Positions 11,651 through 23,264 of a DNA stretch of 64,000 nt are shown in pieces (position 1 is the first letter of the stretch; each line of letters starts with the position of its first letter). Below the pieces are notes generated by a model. It did no database searches and had not been told where the DNA came from. It was given only the letters and a program-made list of their open reading frames with translations. A program made the position numbers and the translations under genes. Origin of the DNA: Anolis carolinensis (lineage: Eukaryota); NCBI RefSeq assembly GCF_035594765.1, contig NC_085846.1, positions 23,795,190-23,859,189 of the forward strand, given 5' to 3'.

Positions 11651-13254
11651 AAAAGAACAAAAAATATGGAGGTAGTATTCTACCTAGTTGCTATTGAAAT
11701 CAACTGTCTATTAGTTTGAACATGGTCCCATTGGCCACTTTTTGTCAATGGGTGTGAAGGCACCACATTAACTGACAAGCATTTGTCACTCCCCTTTCCT
11801 CTGGTAGATCATTTTATTAATACATAATACAATACAATAACATCAACTTATTTGGTTGCCTGTTTGGTTGCCCTTCTGTGCTGCTTCCTTAGTACCCTCA
11901 GTCCTTCTGTGTAACATTTCTGGTGGACCTAATTGTCCCTAACTGTGGCTGATGTAATACATTTTTCAAAATAAGTGTATACATTTAGATTTGTTTTAAA
12001 TTTATTCAAGGGTGAAAGATGCAGAACGTTCTTGGCATATAGTTGACAAGTCTTCTAACACAGTTCTGTTTATAACCTGTCATGCCTGGAAAGTCAGCTG
12101 ATCAGCTTTATAATATCAAGAACACTTAAACCAGCAGTAATTTTAGACAGTCCCAACCTGCATTTCTTTCTGTCTGTCTGTCTTTCTTGTATCCTTTAAT
12201 AGGATCTTTTTTGTTTCTCCAGTTTCAGATATTTTAGCCATCTGGAGGTCTCTTGCTTTCTAACATGTCTTTGCACATCTCCTCTTCCTGTCCATTTCAG
12301 ATTAGAAGTCCTCTGACCTGTTGCATACCATGGGCTGAGGATCCTGTTTTCCCTGTGATTGGTTTGTCAGTGGGTGGGGCCAGAACCATGGTGTGTAGAG
12401 CGAAAGCCACTGTGACTTACATCCATCTTGGGTGCTGGGCCACCATTTACTCACCGTAATACTAAGCAAGTTTAAGTATGTGTAATTGCATTAGATTGCA
12501 TTAATCCTTTGCTATCTAGGAAGCTGCATTATATCAGGGAAACTTTCTTTGCTGTTCTTTAATCTACCCCAGGGCCTAAAAACATTGCTAATGCTTACAG
12601 TTTTAAAATTATTTTAAGATATTGTGATTTTTTGTGGACATGTAACCACCTGCAGAAATGCCCTTGTGAATCACCTGGAAATGTCAGCTGGCTACTGAAG
12701 AGTAGGATGTGAATAATGCCAGGCTAGAGTTAATACAGGTTTATCTATGCAAATAGTATCTGCTTTGATTGGTAGCAGATTTCCAGGGAAAGAGGAAGAC
12801 ACATGTCATTGGGGTCACATATTATCTGATTTTTGTAACTGAAGGTGCAACATACTGAGCCTGATAAGAGTAGTTTAACATTGGAAACAATAGATGAAGC
12901 AAAGCTTGGAAGCATTAGTGTCTGAATGATTGCTGCATGATCTAGCAAGTTGTAGCCCATAAACATGCTTTACAAGTTGTGTTTTTGACTTTTAAACTTT
13001 TTTTAAAAAAAATTATGATTTGTTTTTTAAACAAGCAGAAATGGGCACATCTAATAGCACCCACAAAAGAAACAAGAGGCACAGCTTAAATGTTCAAAAG
13101 ATGGTTGTTGTATTAGGAACATTTGCCTTTTCTACCAATACAACCATCATCTTTCGCTTAACCTATAACTTGCAAATTTGCTTTTCTTCATACAATAAAA
13201 AATGGCATTCCTGAGAAAATCCAGTGCCGTGCTATGTTCTGCTTTTTTCATGTT

Positions 13255-13508
13255 TCCCAGTGGCGCAATGGGTTAAATCCTTGCGCCGACAGGACTGCTG
13301 ACCGAAAGGTCAGCACTTTGAATCTGAGGAGCATTGTGAGCTTCTGTCTGTCAGCTCCTCCCCATGAAGGGACATGAGAGAAGCCTCCCACAGGATCATA
13401 AAATATCAAACATCCAGGCATCCCCTGGAGCATGTCCTTGCAGACGGCCAATTCTCTCACACCAGAAGCAATTTGCAGTTTCTCAAGTCACTCCTGATAT
13501 GAAAAAAA
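13255..13508 (+). mobile_element. tRNA-derived SINE (Sauria/Anolis-type head, Vingi-like tail)
   Basis: A-box-like gtggcgcaatgg, body shared with the copies at 51281 and 51739, A-rich end. Confidence 0.85.
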
Positions 13509-15237
13509 TGGCTTACATTCTTTCTTATAGACTGTTCAATATTCCTTCAGAATAAAACTATACATGAGAGACACATACTGGTGTTATTTTGTTTCATAAC
13601 ATGAATCTAGGAAATTGTGGTATATGCATTTAAAAGCAGTATTGGGCTGGAGTGTTTAATTTTCTGCTTCCCTGCTGATTCTCTCCTGCCCACATCCTTC
13701 CATCCTTTGCAGCTTCTCTTTTTCCATCTTAAGGATCAGGAGCAAGAAAATACCAGACTAAATAACAGACTAAAATAGCTGAGGGTGAAAAGATTGAAGG
13801 GGTGTTATAGAGGACTAACAGCCCCGCAGAAACCTAGCACTCCCCCCTTCGATTCTCACAAGTTGCACTACCTTGACAGAAGGGGTTTGAGAATATGTAT
13901 CTGCAGAGGTAAGGCATAGCTCAGTGTTACATAATAAGCAGAGGGCTGGAGAGAGAGGAAAGGAGAATCTTTACTCCTTTTGTTGATGCAAATTAATTGC
14001 TCGCAAAGTGAGCCTGGCATTTTCCCTTGCTATCAATTAAAACCACGAGAGCCTACTTGTGGGGGCTTCCAACCTACGCAGATCCCTCTCCAAAGAGACC
14101 AATAAGTCTTGTTGGCAAACACTGCAAATACTGCTGATTTCCTCCAAGGGAAAGCTTGGGCGAGAGGGTGTTTCTAACACCATTTCTCTGTCTTCACAGA
14201 TCCATCCTCAGAGGCAAATGACTTAATAGATACCAACCAGGTGTAATCGCTCTTTCTGCTTCCAGCAGAGTGCCCCACAAGAAGGGGATATTTCCAGTGT
14301 GTGTGTGAGAAAGAGATGGGAAGAAAAGGAGAGAATGATTAACGCTTTCCCTCCATGTCTTTTTTCCCTTAAAAAAACCCTCTCATTTGAAAGCATTTTG
14401 GAGTTGTGTTGCCTACGGAGAACACGTAGGACCCCATAACAGTATAATCGGTTTGCATCGATGGGAATTAGTTTCAAGAAGAAAGTGACTTTCGGAGAAA
14501 GGGTTAAGGATTCTGCTTCCTTGTCTCTCATTAAAGTTATCAACCTCTTTGATTGCTTGGCAGAGAAAACACACTTTGATATAACTGTAATATAACATGT
14601 AATTTGACCCCTTCTACTGTGACCCCATTGCTACAGTCTCATTACATCTCTGTGTTAGCCTTCTGTCATTGTTTGCACACTTTAACAATGGGTGGAGGAT
14701 GTCTAGAATTCCATTCAAAGCTTCAATTGTCTCCTTTCCTTCTACTATCATCCCTGATACAAGAAAGGATAAGCTAGAGAAGGCAGAGTCTTATCCTCTA
14801 AACTTCCTATAACATTTAAATGCAGCCACCCATAAAAAAGAGAGTGTATATGAAATCAAACAAGATGGCAGCAAAATTCTTGGAATTATCTTGTTCTCTG
14901 GATCACAGCTTGGGGAAGTCATAGTTCGTACTGCAGCTCCCAAAATCCCTGAATCATGAAGGGAAAGGTTACTGGTCATTTTGATGGCGGGATTCTGAGA
15001 ATTAAAGTCCAAGAAAATAACATGTTCAAACTTTGTCTAAAAGAACTGTCCATATATGGACAGACCTTTGAACTTAAAATCTGCTTTCAGTTTTCTGAGA
15101 TGCAGCACACTATGTAGTAGTTACTGGAACCCATTCCCAATTTGAGGACCTTCTAGGTGTGCTGGACTGCCGTCCTATCATCCTCCCAGCTTGGTTATTA
15201 CAAGCCAACATATTTGGAAGGTGATGCATTGAGTAAA

Positions 15238-15465
15238 GGAGCCAATGTAGTACAGTGGCTTGAGCACTGGACTACGATTCTGTAAGTTAGAGTTCGAATC
15301 CCCACACAGTCATGGAAACTCACTGAATGACTTTGGAGAAAACCACACTCTGCCCCAGTGGAAGACAAGGGCAAACCCCCTCTGAACAAATCTTGCAAAG
15401 GCAATCCTATGATAGGTTTGGTTTAGGACTACCATAAACAAAAACCAAAGTAAAGGTACATGACA
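15238..15465 (+). mobile_element. tRNA-derived SINE with RTE-type tail
   Basis: B-box gttcgaatcc and body ggcaaaccccctctgaacaaatcttgc, shared with several other copies in the window. Confidence 0.75.
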
Positions 15466-16958
15466 AGTGTTGGGTAAATACAGATTAGCATATTTGATAT
15501 AGGTGAGGGGATTCTGGCTTCAAATCCTCTCTTAGTCCCAAACGTGGACCAGTCATTCTGTCTTAGCCTTGCCTATCTCACAGGATGGCCATGTAGCTAA
15601 AATACAATGTGGGTAGTTAAGTATATTGCCCTTGGGAAATTTGGGTTTAAATATTGTAAGGTGTTTCTGAAGTTGCCCATGCTTATATTATTATTGATTG
15701 ATTTGCCTATGGTCCTGCCTTTATTCCATGGCCTTATTACTTTCACAGGGGTTTCTTATACAAGGAATACTCAGAGTTTGCCAGTTTATTTCCCTGTAAT
15801 GCCCTGTGTATTTAACTGACATAGTCCTTCTGACCTTCTCGGACTGAGGAGCATATCATATGTAGATGTTATAAGCTTTCTTTGTAGTGAAGGCTACATA
15901 AGCATACTTTTCTTGCTCAAAATCTTGCCCTTTTAGTCCTGCTCAGCAAAGACCATTAGAAATAGAACCTTCTGAAAAGAAAAGGCAAATCTAGACTGCC
16001 TGTGTCTCATTTAGCCTGAGCTTGAATAAATGGAGAGAAACACTTTGGACCGAAGTGGTGCTAGGGAGGACCTGCTGAGGCGAGTTTGGAGCGTAGCCGA
16101 AAGAGCTATAAATATGTCGAGTGTTTGTGGTGACGACAACTTTAAACCTCAACAGCTAAACCAGAATTTGGCAAAGGCTACATGCTGAGGAATTTTGGGG
16201 TGGGTTATAAAACTCCTGAAAATAGATTCTGAGCAGGATGGAGCTCTTCCATGCAATCTGGTTTGCTAACATGGTTTTGGTAGCATTCTTGTTTTCCCCT
16301 TTGCTGTTATGGTGGTGGTGATGGGAGGATGCAGCTATCTAATCTGTGCTGCGATATGGATCTAGCAGAGAGGATCTTGAAAGTTTGGTTGATTTTCTTA
16401 ATAATTTGGTAAAAGGAGGGGTTGTAGTAGAACAGGAAAAGAAGAATGAGAAAGGAAAATTAGATCTAATACTGTCTTCCTCTGTCTCATATCCTCCAGA
16501 AATACTTTATTTAATCTCCATCATCTCAATTCAGTGCAGCTTTGGCCATGCTGATGGAGATGATGAGTGTTGTAATCCAATTCATATGAAGGGCAGTAGG
16601 CTTCGTAAGGCAGTCATACTCAAGAGAGGAAATCAGATGGAGGCCTTAGATGTGGGAGCACACTGTTTGTGCCACTATGGGAACAACCACTTAGCACATA
16701 CTGTAAATGAAGGTGTAATTTTGCTTTGGTATCTTATCTTTTGTAATGTAGCCATTCAACTTGTACTGTATATTTCCTGTGAGCATCAAATGCTTTGGTG
16801 ATATGGGTAAACTACAAATTTGTGTGTGTTTGTGCCTTCAAGTCACTTGTTGACTTATGGCAACTCCATGGCGATCCTAGTGTTTTCTTAGGCAAGGAAT
16901 ACTCGGAGGTCATTTTTGCAGTGGTATAAAGTTTCATAGTCCAGAGCTCACTTTACTG

Positions 16959-17093
16959 CTGAGTTTCTCAATCTGTGGGTCCCCAGATGTTTTGGCCTTC
17001 AACTACCAGAAATTCTAACAACTGGTAAACCAGCTGGGATTTCTGGGAGTTGTAGGCCAAAACATCTGGGGACCCACAGGTTGAGAACTACGG
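16959..17093. mobile_element. 135-bp hAT MITE
   Basis: Same family as 2094; perfect 8-bp TSD ctttactg. Confidence 0.9.
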
Positions 17094-17102
17094 CTTTACT
17101 GA

Positions 17103-17255
17103 ATTGTTGCTGTGGTTTGCCTTCCTTTTTGTTTTCTGTGATTTATGGTGAAATTTAAGATTTTCTAAGGCTCAGAGTGTGTGAATTGCCCAAGGTCATC
17201 CAGTGGTTTTTTCATGGCTGAGCAGGAATTCAAACTCTGGTATCCAGATCCACTG
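17103..17255 (-). mobile_element. tRNA-derived SINE fragment (RTE-type tail family)
   Basis: Reverse-strand similarity to the 15238/52658 family (cccaaggtcatccagtgg...catggctgagcaggaattcaaac). Confidence 0.6.
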
Positions 17256-17279
17256 AACTCATCACTGAAGCCTCTAGAA

Positions 17280-17414
17280 TAGTGGTTCTCAACCTGTGGG
17301 TCCCCAGGCGTTTTGGTCTATAACTCCCAGAAATCCCAGCCAAATTACCAGCTGTTAGGATTTCTGCGAGTTGAAGGCCAAAACTTCTGGGGACCCACAG
17401 GTAGAGAACCACCG
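17280..17414. mobile_element. 135-bp hAT MITE
   Basis: TIRs as at 2094; TSD ctctagaa/ctctagga. Confidence 0.9.
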
Positions 17415-17429
17415 CTCTAGGAGCTGAAT

Positions 17430-18038
17430 AAACTCCTGTTGATAAACTCTACAAGTTAGCTGGCATTGCCCCTCCTGACGTGTGACCGGAAGTTGCTGCT
17501 AACTGTGAGAGAAATAAGGTTGAACATTGTGAAAGCCATCCACTGCATGACTATCAGCCTCCTCCCACCAGACTCAAATCAAGGAAGGGCTTCATAAGAA
17601 CCACCACTCCTCTTGATGTTCCTCCAGCAGCAGCAAGGGTGTCCCTCTGGGCAGCTAAACCTGGCAATTCCAACTGGATGGCCCCCCTCGAGGGTCTTCC
17701 TCCTGGGGCAAACCAAGAATGGGCAACTTGGAAGTCCCTGAACAGACTCAGAAGCGGAGTGGGCAGATCTAAAGACAACTTGGCGAGGTGGCATTACCTG
17801 GAGGAATCCTCCACCTTGTGTGACTGTGGAGCAGAACAAACAACTCCGCATATGTATGCTTGCCCACAATGTCCTGCCTCATGCACAGAGGAGGAGTTGT
17901 TTAAAGCTACGGACAATGCGGTTGCTGTTGCCCGCTTTTGGTCTAAAACTATTTAGTTGTTTGTGATTTCCTCTATTTTTTTCATCATTTTTAAAATGTA
18001 TTTGTTATGCAATGCTTTTGACACGAAATAAATAAATA
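17430..18038 (+). mobile_element. 5'-truncated Vingi/Ingi-clade LINE
   Basis: C-terminal ORF remnant LAGIAPPDV...WKSLNRLRSGVGR...CDCGAEQTTPHMYACP, (AAAT)n tail, 11-bp TSD aggagctgaat (17419-17429 and 18039-18049). Confidence 0.8.
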
Positions 18039-18166
18039 AGGAGCTGAATCCTTTTGCAGGATATTAAGTTTTGTGAAGAAGTATTGGTGAAGGATCATGT
18101 CCCAAGCAAAGACATTATACCAGTAACTTTTGTTGATTCCTTCTAATTATCTTGCTTATTATAGTT

Positions 18167-18556
18167 CAGTGGTTTTCAACCTGTGGGCCACGGCCCAGCA
18201 GTGGGCCATGAGAACGAAAATTCAATCCATGAACCTCCTTCCTCTTTATTTTATTTTATTTCCACTCCTTTCCGCAGAGCTGACTTGGTGTCTTCATTTC
18301 TAAGCCTCTTCCTGGGGTTATTTGGGGTGCTGATTCAGAAAATGTTCTGTATCAGAAACCAAAGTTGATGTAGTCTATCCAATATCATTTTCTGGATCAG
18401 CACCCCAAATAACCAAACTGAATCTATAGTTGACCAAAAATCGATTTGTAACCCTTTTGCTACTAATGTTGGAGAGTGCTCCCTGGTCAAAATGGTCCGT
18501 GGTCAAGTGGTCCGTGGTCAAGTGGGCCCTGGGCAAAAAAAGGTTGGGAACCACTG
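18167..18556. mobile_element. 390-bp non-autonomous hAT element
   Basis: TIRs cagtggttttcaacct / aggttgggaaccactg, TSD ttatagtt/ctatagtt, subterminal tggtccgtggtcaag repeats. Confidence 0.88.
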
Positions 18557-18644
18557 CTATAGTTAATTCCTTTTGTGAAGGGCATATGATGCTGATACAA
18601 CCATGCCTGAAAAGGATTTCTTGTTCTTATGATATTTAGATGCA

Positions 18645-18876
18645 TACATATACACCTTCAAGTTGCTTGTTGTCTTATACAAGCTCTATGAATTTTATAG
18701 GGTTTTCTTAGTCAAGGACTGTCCAAAGGTGGTTTTGCCAGTCCTTTAGTCTGAAATTGAGCTGACAGCACCTGGTATTTGGTGGTGGTCCTCGTTCAGA
18801 GTACTAACCAGGTCTCACTTTACGTAGCTTCTAAGATCAGATGAGATCTGGTGCCTTTCGGGTATTTAGGATGGCA
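18645..18876 (-). mobile_element. 5S rRNA-derived SINE, second copy
   Basis: Colinear with 876-1100; reverse complement contains ccagatctcatctgatcttagaagcta...cctggttagtact...aataccaggtgctgt. Confidence 0.8.
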
Positions 18877-18953
18877 TGATCTGAGAAATAAACTGAGTAG
18901 GACCATGTTCTCATCTAACCTTGTATAGATCTCTCAGTTTGGGAATATGTTTC

Positions 18954-18986
<33 letters not shown>
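18954..18986. repeat. (AAT)n left flank of the R4/Dong insertion
   Basis: Direct reading; a matching tract lies at 19857-19888. Confidence 0.95.
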
Positions 18987-19327
18987 TGTGCGGTTTTCTG
19001 GCATTGTGTATTTCTGCCGCTTCTGTGACTGTTCATTTGGGGTTTGATGATTCTGTAGCCCACTTGTCAATGGATGTCCAGAATCAGCAGCATCCACCGC
19101 GGTCCTTTTTATCCTGGGCGACGACCGAGCCAGTATAGACTTCGTTTGGGTTTGTTTCTCCATAATGCTAATGGGTTAGGTGCTCTTAGTTCTGCTCCTC
19201 AGCTGAGGCCTCTCTGGCTTGGTTGGACCTACCGGTAGTTACACTACCGCCAGCACAGCCCTCAGTCATCATTGGAGCAGTTAAGCCCCCCCCCCCCACG
19301 TCAAGGTGGCACCTGCGGGGGGGGGGG
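18987..19327 (-). mobile_element. Inverted 5' UTR and ORF start of an R4/Dong-clade LINE
   Basis: The minus strand reads a structured leader, then ATG 19163 MEKQTQ...KRQKYTMPENRTI, resembling the R-x-K-W/Y-T-x-x-E-N motif I recall from Dong/Rex6 N-termini. It sits inside the same (TAA)n flanks as the 3' part. Confidence 0.65.
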
Positions 19328-19392
19328 TGGCTCCCCGTCGGGGAATCGAACCCCGGTCTCTCGTGTGACAGGCGGGGATACTTACCACTATA
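19328..19392 (-). pseudogene. Retro-copied mature tRNA-Asp(GTC), nt ~11 to CCA
   Basis: Reverse complement TATAGTGGTAAGTATCCCCGCCTGTCACACGAGAGACCGGGGTTCGATTCCCCGACGGGGAG-CCA. About 3 mismatches to vertebrate tRNA-Asp-GTC, first 10 nt missing, CCA present. Confidence 0.92.
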
Positions 19393-19856
19393 TGAACACG
19401 CAAAGATACTGTGGGACTTCCGAATCCAGACTGACAAAGTTCTGGAACACAACACACCAGACATCACAGTTGTGGAAAAGAACAAGGTTTGGATCATTGA
19501 TGTTGCCATCCCAGGTGACAGTCGCATTGAAGAAAAACAACAGGAAAAACTCAGCCGCTATCAGGACCTCAAGATTGAACTTCAAAGACTCTGGCAGAAA
19601 CCAGTGCAGGTGGTCCCAGTGGTGATGGGCACACTGGGTGCCGTGCCAAAAGATCTCAGCCGGCATTTGGAAACAATAGACATTGACAAAATTACGATCT
19701 GCCAACTGCAAAAGGCCACCTTACTGGGATCTGCACGCATCATCCGAAAATACATCACACAGTCCTAGACACTTGTGAAGTATTCGACTTGTGATTTTGT
19801 GAAACGAAATCCAGCATATCTATCTTGTTTGCTGTGTCATACAACGTCGTTGTGTC
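19393..19856 (+). mobile_element. 3' end of an R4/Dong-clade LINE (restriction-like endonuclease domain and 3' UTR)
   Basis: Open frame KILWDFRIQTD...NTPDITVV...IIDVAIPGD...EKLSRYQDL...PVVMGTLG to stop 19768 (PD..D RLE motif), ending in (TAA)n, the Dong target. Confidence 0.9.
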
Positions 19857-19888
<32 letters not shown>

Positions 19889-19889
<1 letters not shown>

Positions 19890-20050
19890 TTCTTGTATCC
19901 TACCCCATCTCTCCGAGGGGACTCGGGGTGGCTTACATAGTGACCAGCCCAGCTATATACACTAAAATAATAACAACGTAAAATACATTCCAATTACAAC
20001 AAATTAATACATCAGAACTATAAAATCGCAACATCACATAATAAAATCCT
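19889..20050 (-). mobile_element. L2 LINE 3'-end fragment
   Basis: ccccatctctccgagggg...actcggggtggcttaca stem-loop tail, shared with the copies at 33894, 35638 and 39670. Confidence 0.7.
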
Positions 20051-20343
20051 AGCCAGTAGCCAAGGGGACCACAATGGCGATTCCCCCTGCATCTTGATTT
20101 AGTTCTGTTCCAGTTCAGGGTAGAAAGCCACAAAACATTGTGTACTGCCTTATTGATTTATTTAAAGCATATATCTCTCACCTGTCAATCTGCCAGGAGC
20201 CCCAAGGCAATATACAATGGATATGAATTACCTGCTCAAATCTGAATGGAAAAATGTGACCATAAAGGTGGCCTGTAGCTTAAGTGACATCTCTAGCTTC
20301 CTTTTCCTTTTCTCAGCTGAGTTTTGGATCATTTTTCTTGGTA

Positions 20344-20666
20344 CAGTAGAGTCTCACTTATCCAACACTCGCTTATCCAACGTTCTGGATTATCCAACGC
20401 ATTTTTGTAGTCAATGTTTTCAATACATCGTGATATTTTGGTGCTAAATTCATAAACACAGTAATTACTGCATAGCATTACTGCATATGGAACTACTTTT
20501 TCTGTCAAATTTGTTGTATAACATGATGTTTTGGTGCTTAATTTGTAAAATCATAACCTAATTTGATGTTTAATAGGCTTTTCCTTAATCTCTCCTTGTT
20601 ATCCAACGTATTCGCTTATCCAACATTCTGCCGGCCCGTTTATGTTGGATAAGTGAGACTCTACTG
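20344..20666. mobile_element. Tc1/mariner (pogo/Tigger-like) MITE
   Basis: TIR cagtagagtctcacttatccaa / ttggataagtgagactctactg with TA TSDs. Confidence 0.92.
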
Positions 20667-22224
20667 TAGTTGATTTTTCTGGAGATGGTTTTGTCACCAT
20701 TTTGTAAGGCAAGCCTTGTGTGCATCTAAAAATACATACCTAACATGAAAGCACCTTTTTTGCTGCTCTCACTCGAGTGCGATGGTATAGTGGAGGCAGA
20801 AACTACAGACATTTTGAATAATACATGTTCCATTTTTGTCCTTAAAAAGAGCCCCCAAAGTGCCTTGCATAAAACTACACAGCAATAACAAGGAGAACAA
20901 AGTAAAATTGGAAAGCATAATCAACAAGGAAAAATAAAAAATATTTATTGAAAGTTAGATATTAGGTCATGCGGAATTCTGGTAGTGATATTGATGGTTC
21001 TATTAGTATATGTGTGATATCCCTACTCCTGGTTGGTTTGTTTGTCTATCAGAAATTCATCGGATGGATTGACTGGATTCATGATATAGATATATGTTTC
21101 TGGCTGCTGTTGCAAATCTCTGTAGTTTGCTTTGTGGCAGTATCTTGATGATGAAGTAAACTGCAAAATGGCCCCATCTTTCCAGAAAATACCTTATCCA
21201 TTTTATGATACCCTTCATTTCTCCCCTGGAAGGAAGAGACCATGCACAGAATCTAGTAAGCGGAATAAAGGTCTCATTGAAATCAGTGGGACAAATCAGG
21301 TGTGCCAGCTTAAACTCCATTGGAAGTAATTGCAACTGACTGAGTTTGGATTCTGTATGTATTGTTGGACCCAAAGTAGTGTAAATGCAAAGGTGTCTGC
21401 TGAGGGAGAATTATACCCTGGATTTGATGTGTTAATAGAAAAGCCCTGGGATTTGGGAGGAGAGACTCCAGCTGGAGATAGAAATTAGTGGGGAATTTCA
21501 GCAGAGGTAGCTTAGGTGAATAGAGCTCTACTTTTGGGGAAATGCAACAGGGAGAATAGGGAAGGGTATGCCATTGTGCAAATATGTAATTTGACACAAT
21601 CCATACATCTTTCCTTTTTTTCAGTTCCTTCAACCCCAGCAATAATCAGATAATATTTATGTATGTATGTATGTATGTATGTTCCAAGTTTCAAATGCAT
21701 AACTCATGGGCATCATTTTAATGATACCCAAATGAAAGGCATCATTTTAATGGATACTTATTTGGCTATGAAATGCTGTGGAAGAATACTGGAAGATGGC
21801 TCCATGTTTTGTCCACATCTGCAATAAACCTGAGTTACTGTAACATTTTGAAAATAGAGTATCTAACCATCCATGGCTTGCCTAATAACAAGAGGTAGAA
21901 CTCCAGCATACAATAAATACAATCATATCCATGACAGTATCTTAAGCTGTTGAAGTTTTCCTGAGCCATCACACATTTGCACCTGATTTGGATTTAAGAA
22001 CAAAAACCACATATTTGTAGCACACAGTGACAAATACACATCTGTGCCTACAAATACGAGCTAAATATACTAGTCATGTGCATACAATGGTTAATGGGAG
22101 TATCAACATTTTATGGTATGTTCCACATGAGTCCACATAACTCATTCAGATAGTAGAGCACATGCAGTAATACAATCCTGTATGTTTTTTCAATTTGGGA
22201 CTTTAATAATAATAATCATCATCA

Positions 22225-22510
22225 TCATCATTTATATCTCACTTTTTCTCTCCACAAAGAAGACTCAAAGCAGCTTACATTAAAAGCATTTCAATACAAT
22301 TTAAAATATAAAAATATACAAACATTAAAAGAGAATTAAATTTCAATAGTGTTACAAATTCACAGTTAAAACCCATAAAAACTTATTTAAAATGTATTGA
22401 GAGCTAAAACCACAGCACTCCCTGACTTCATCTTAAAAATCTTCTTCTTTGAAAGCCTACCTGGATAAAATGTTTTAGCCTCCTGCTGGAAGAACATCGG
22501 AGGATAGTTG
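22225..22510 (-). mobile_element. L2 LINE 3' fragment
   Basis: tttatatctcactttttctctcc...gactcaaagcagcttaca tail and decayed ORF end; similar to 62178. Confidence 0.65.
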
Positions 22511-23264
22511 TGAGTAGAAAACAGGAAGAAGATCCATGAATCTCATTCGAAGAAAAGTGAAAAACAAATATAACTAGAGTAGTAGCAGCAGCTGTAATTA
22601 CAGCTACTAATACTACTACTAATTTTATCATAAAACCTTACATTTAACAAGAAATATAAAACTCAGCATGAGAAACAAGGTGCAAAAGAGAAGAAAGGGT
22701 TAAAAATAAATGAATATTAAAATTCTGAACTCTATAGAAACAAAAGAAATTTGGGAGCAAGTATGAGACATCATATGGCAGGTGTATAAATCAGTGTACC
22801 ATTGTGTGTCATGTATATCTTTCAAGGTAATGGTAATGGAACTCCACCAGACCAATGTTTCTGTCACCATGTGATTTTGTTTATGCTCCACTGAGCTGCT
22901 GCTCATTGTGAGGCACATGTCAAGTCCATTGTTAATAGCAATAGATCAATACAATGCAAACTTGGCATCATAATGCAAAGTTGCGATGTAAACATGGCAT
23001 TATTCAGAGCCAATAAAATACTCAAAAACTGTGGGTCATTTGGCCATATGAATGGAAAGAACCAAAGTTAATGATAAGCAAACTTAAAGAAAGTCATTTC
23101 TAGATGATCTTTAGTACAGACAGTGATTGTTGCCTCAACAAATTTATGTCTGGTTTTATAGGCCTCAGCAATGAATAAAACTTCTGCTCTTGATGTACTT
23201 ATTTTATCAACCAACCATCCTTTGCCTATTCAAACCATAAGCACAGATATAAAATAGGTGATAC

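Noticed and set aside
16080-16140. CpG-containing patch with a TATA/MEF2-like CTATAAATAT
   Set aside because: Imperfect match and no supportable downstream exon; too weak to call.
18480-18535. Short spaced repeats resembling an array
   Set aside because: Subterminal repeats of a hAT element in eukaryotic DNA; not CRISPR.
19328-19392. Functional tRNA-Asp gene
   Set aside because: Lacks the first 10 nt (5' acceptor strand), has mismatches in the anticodon stem, encodes CCA and has no oligo-T terminator.
19223-19768. 181-aa protein as a real chimeric gene
   Set aside because: The first ~57 codons are antisense leader and tRNA sequence read through from a TTG. Only the RLE part is real coding remnant.
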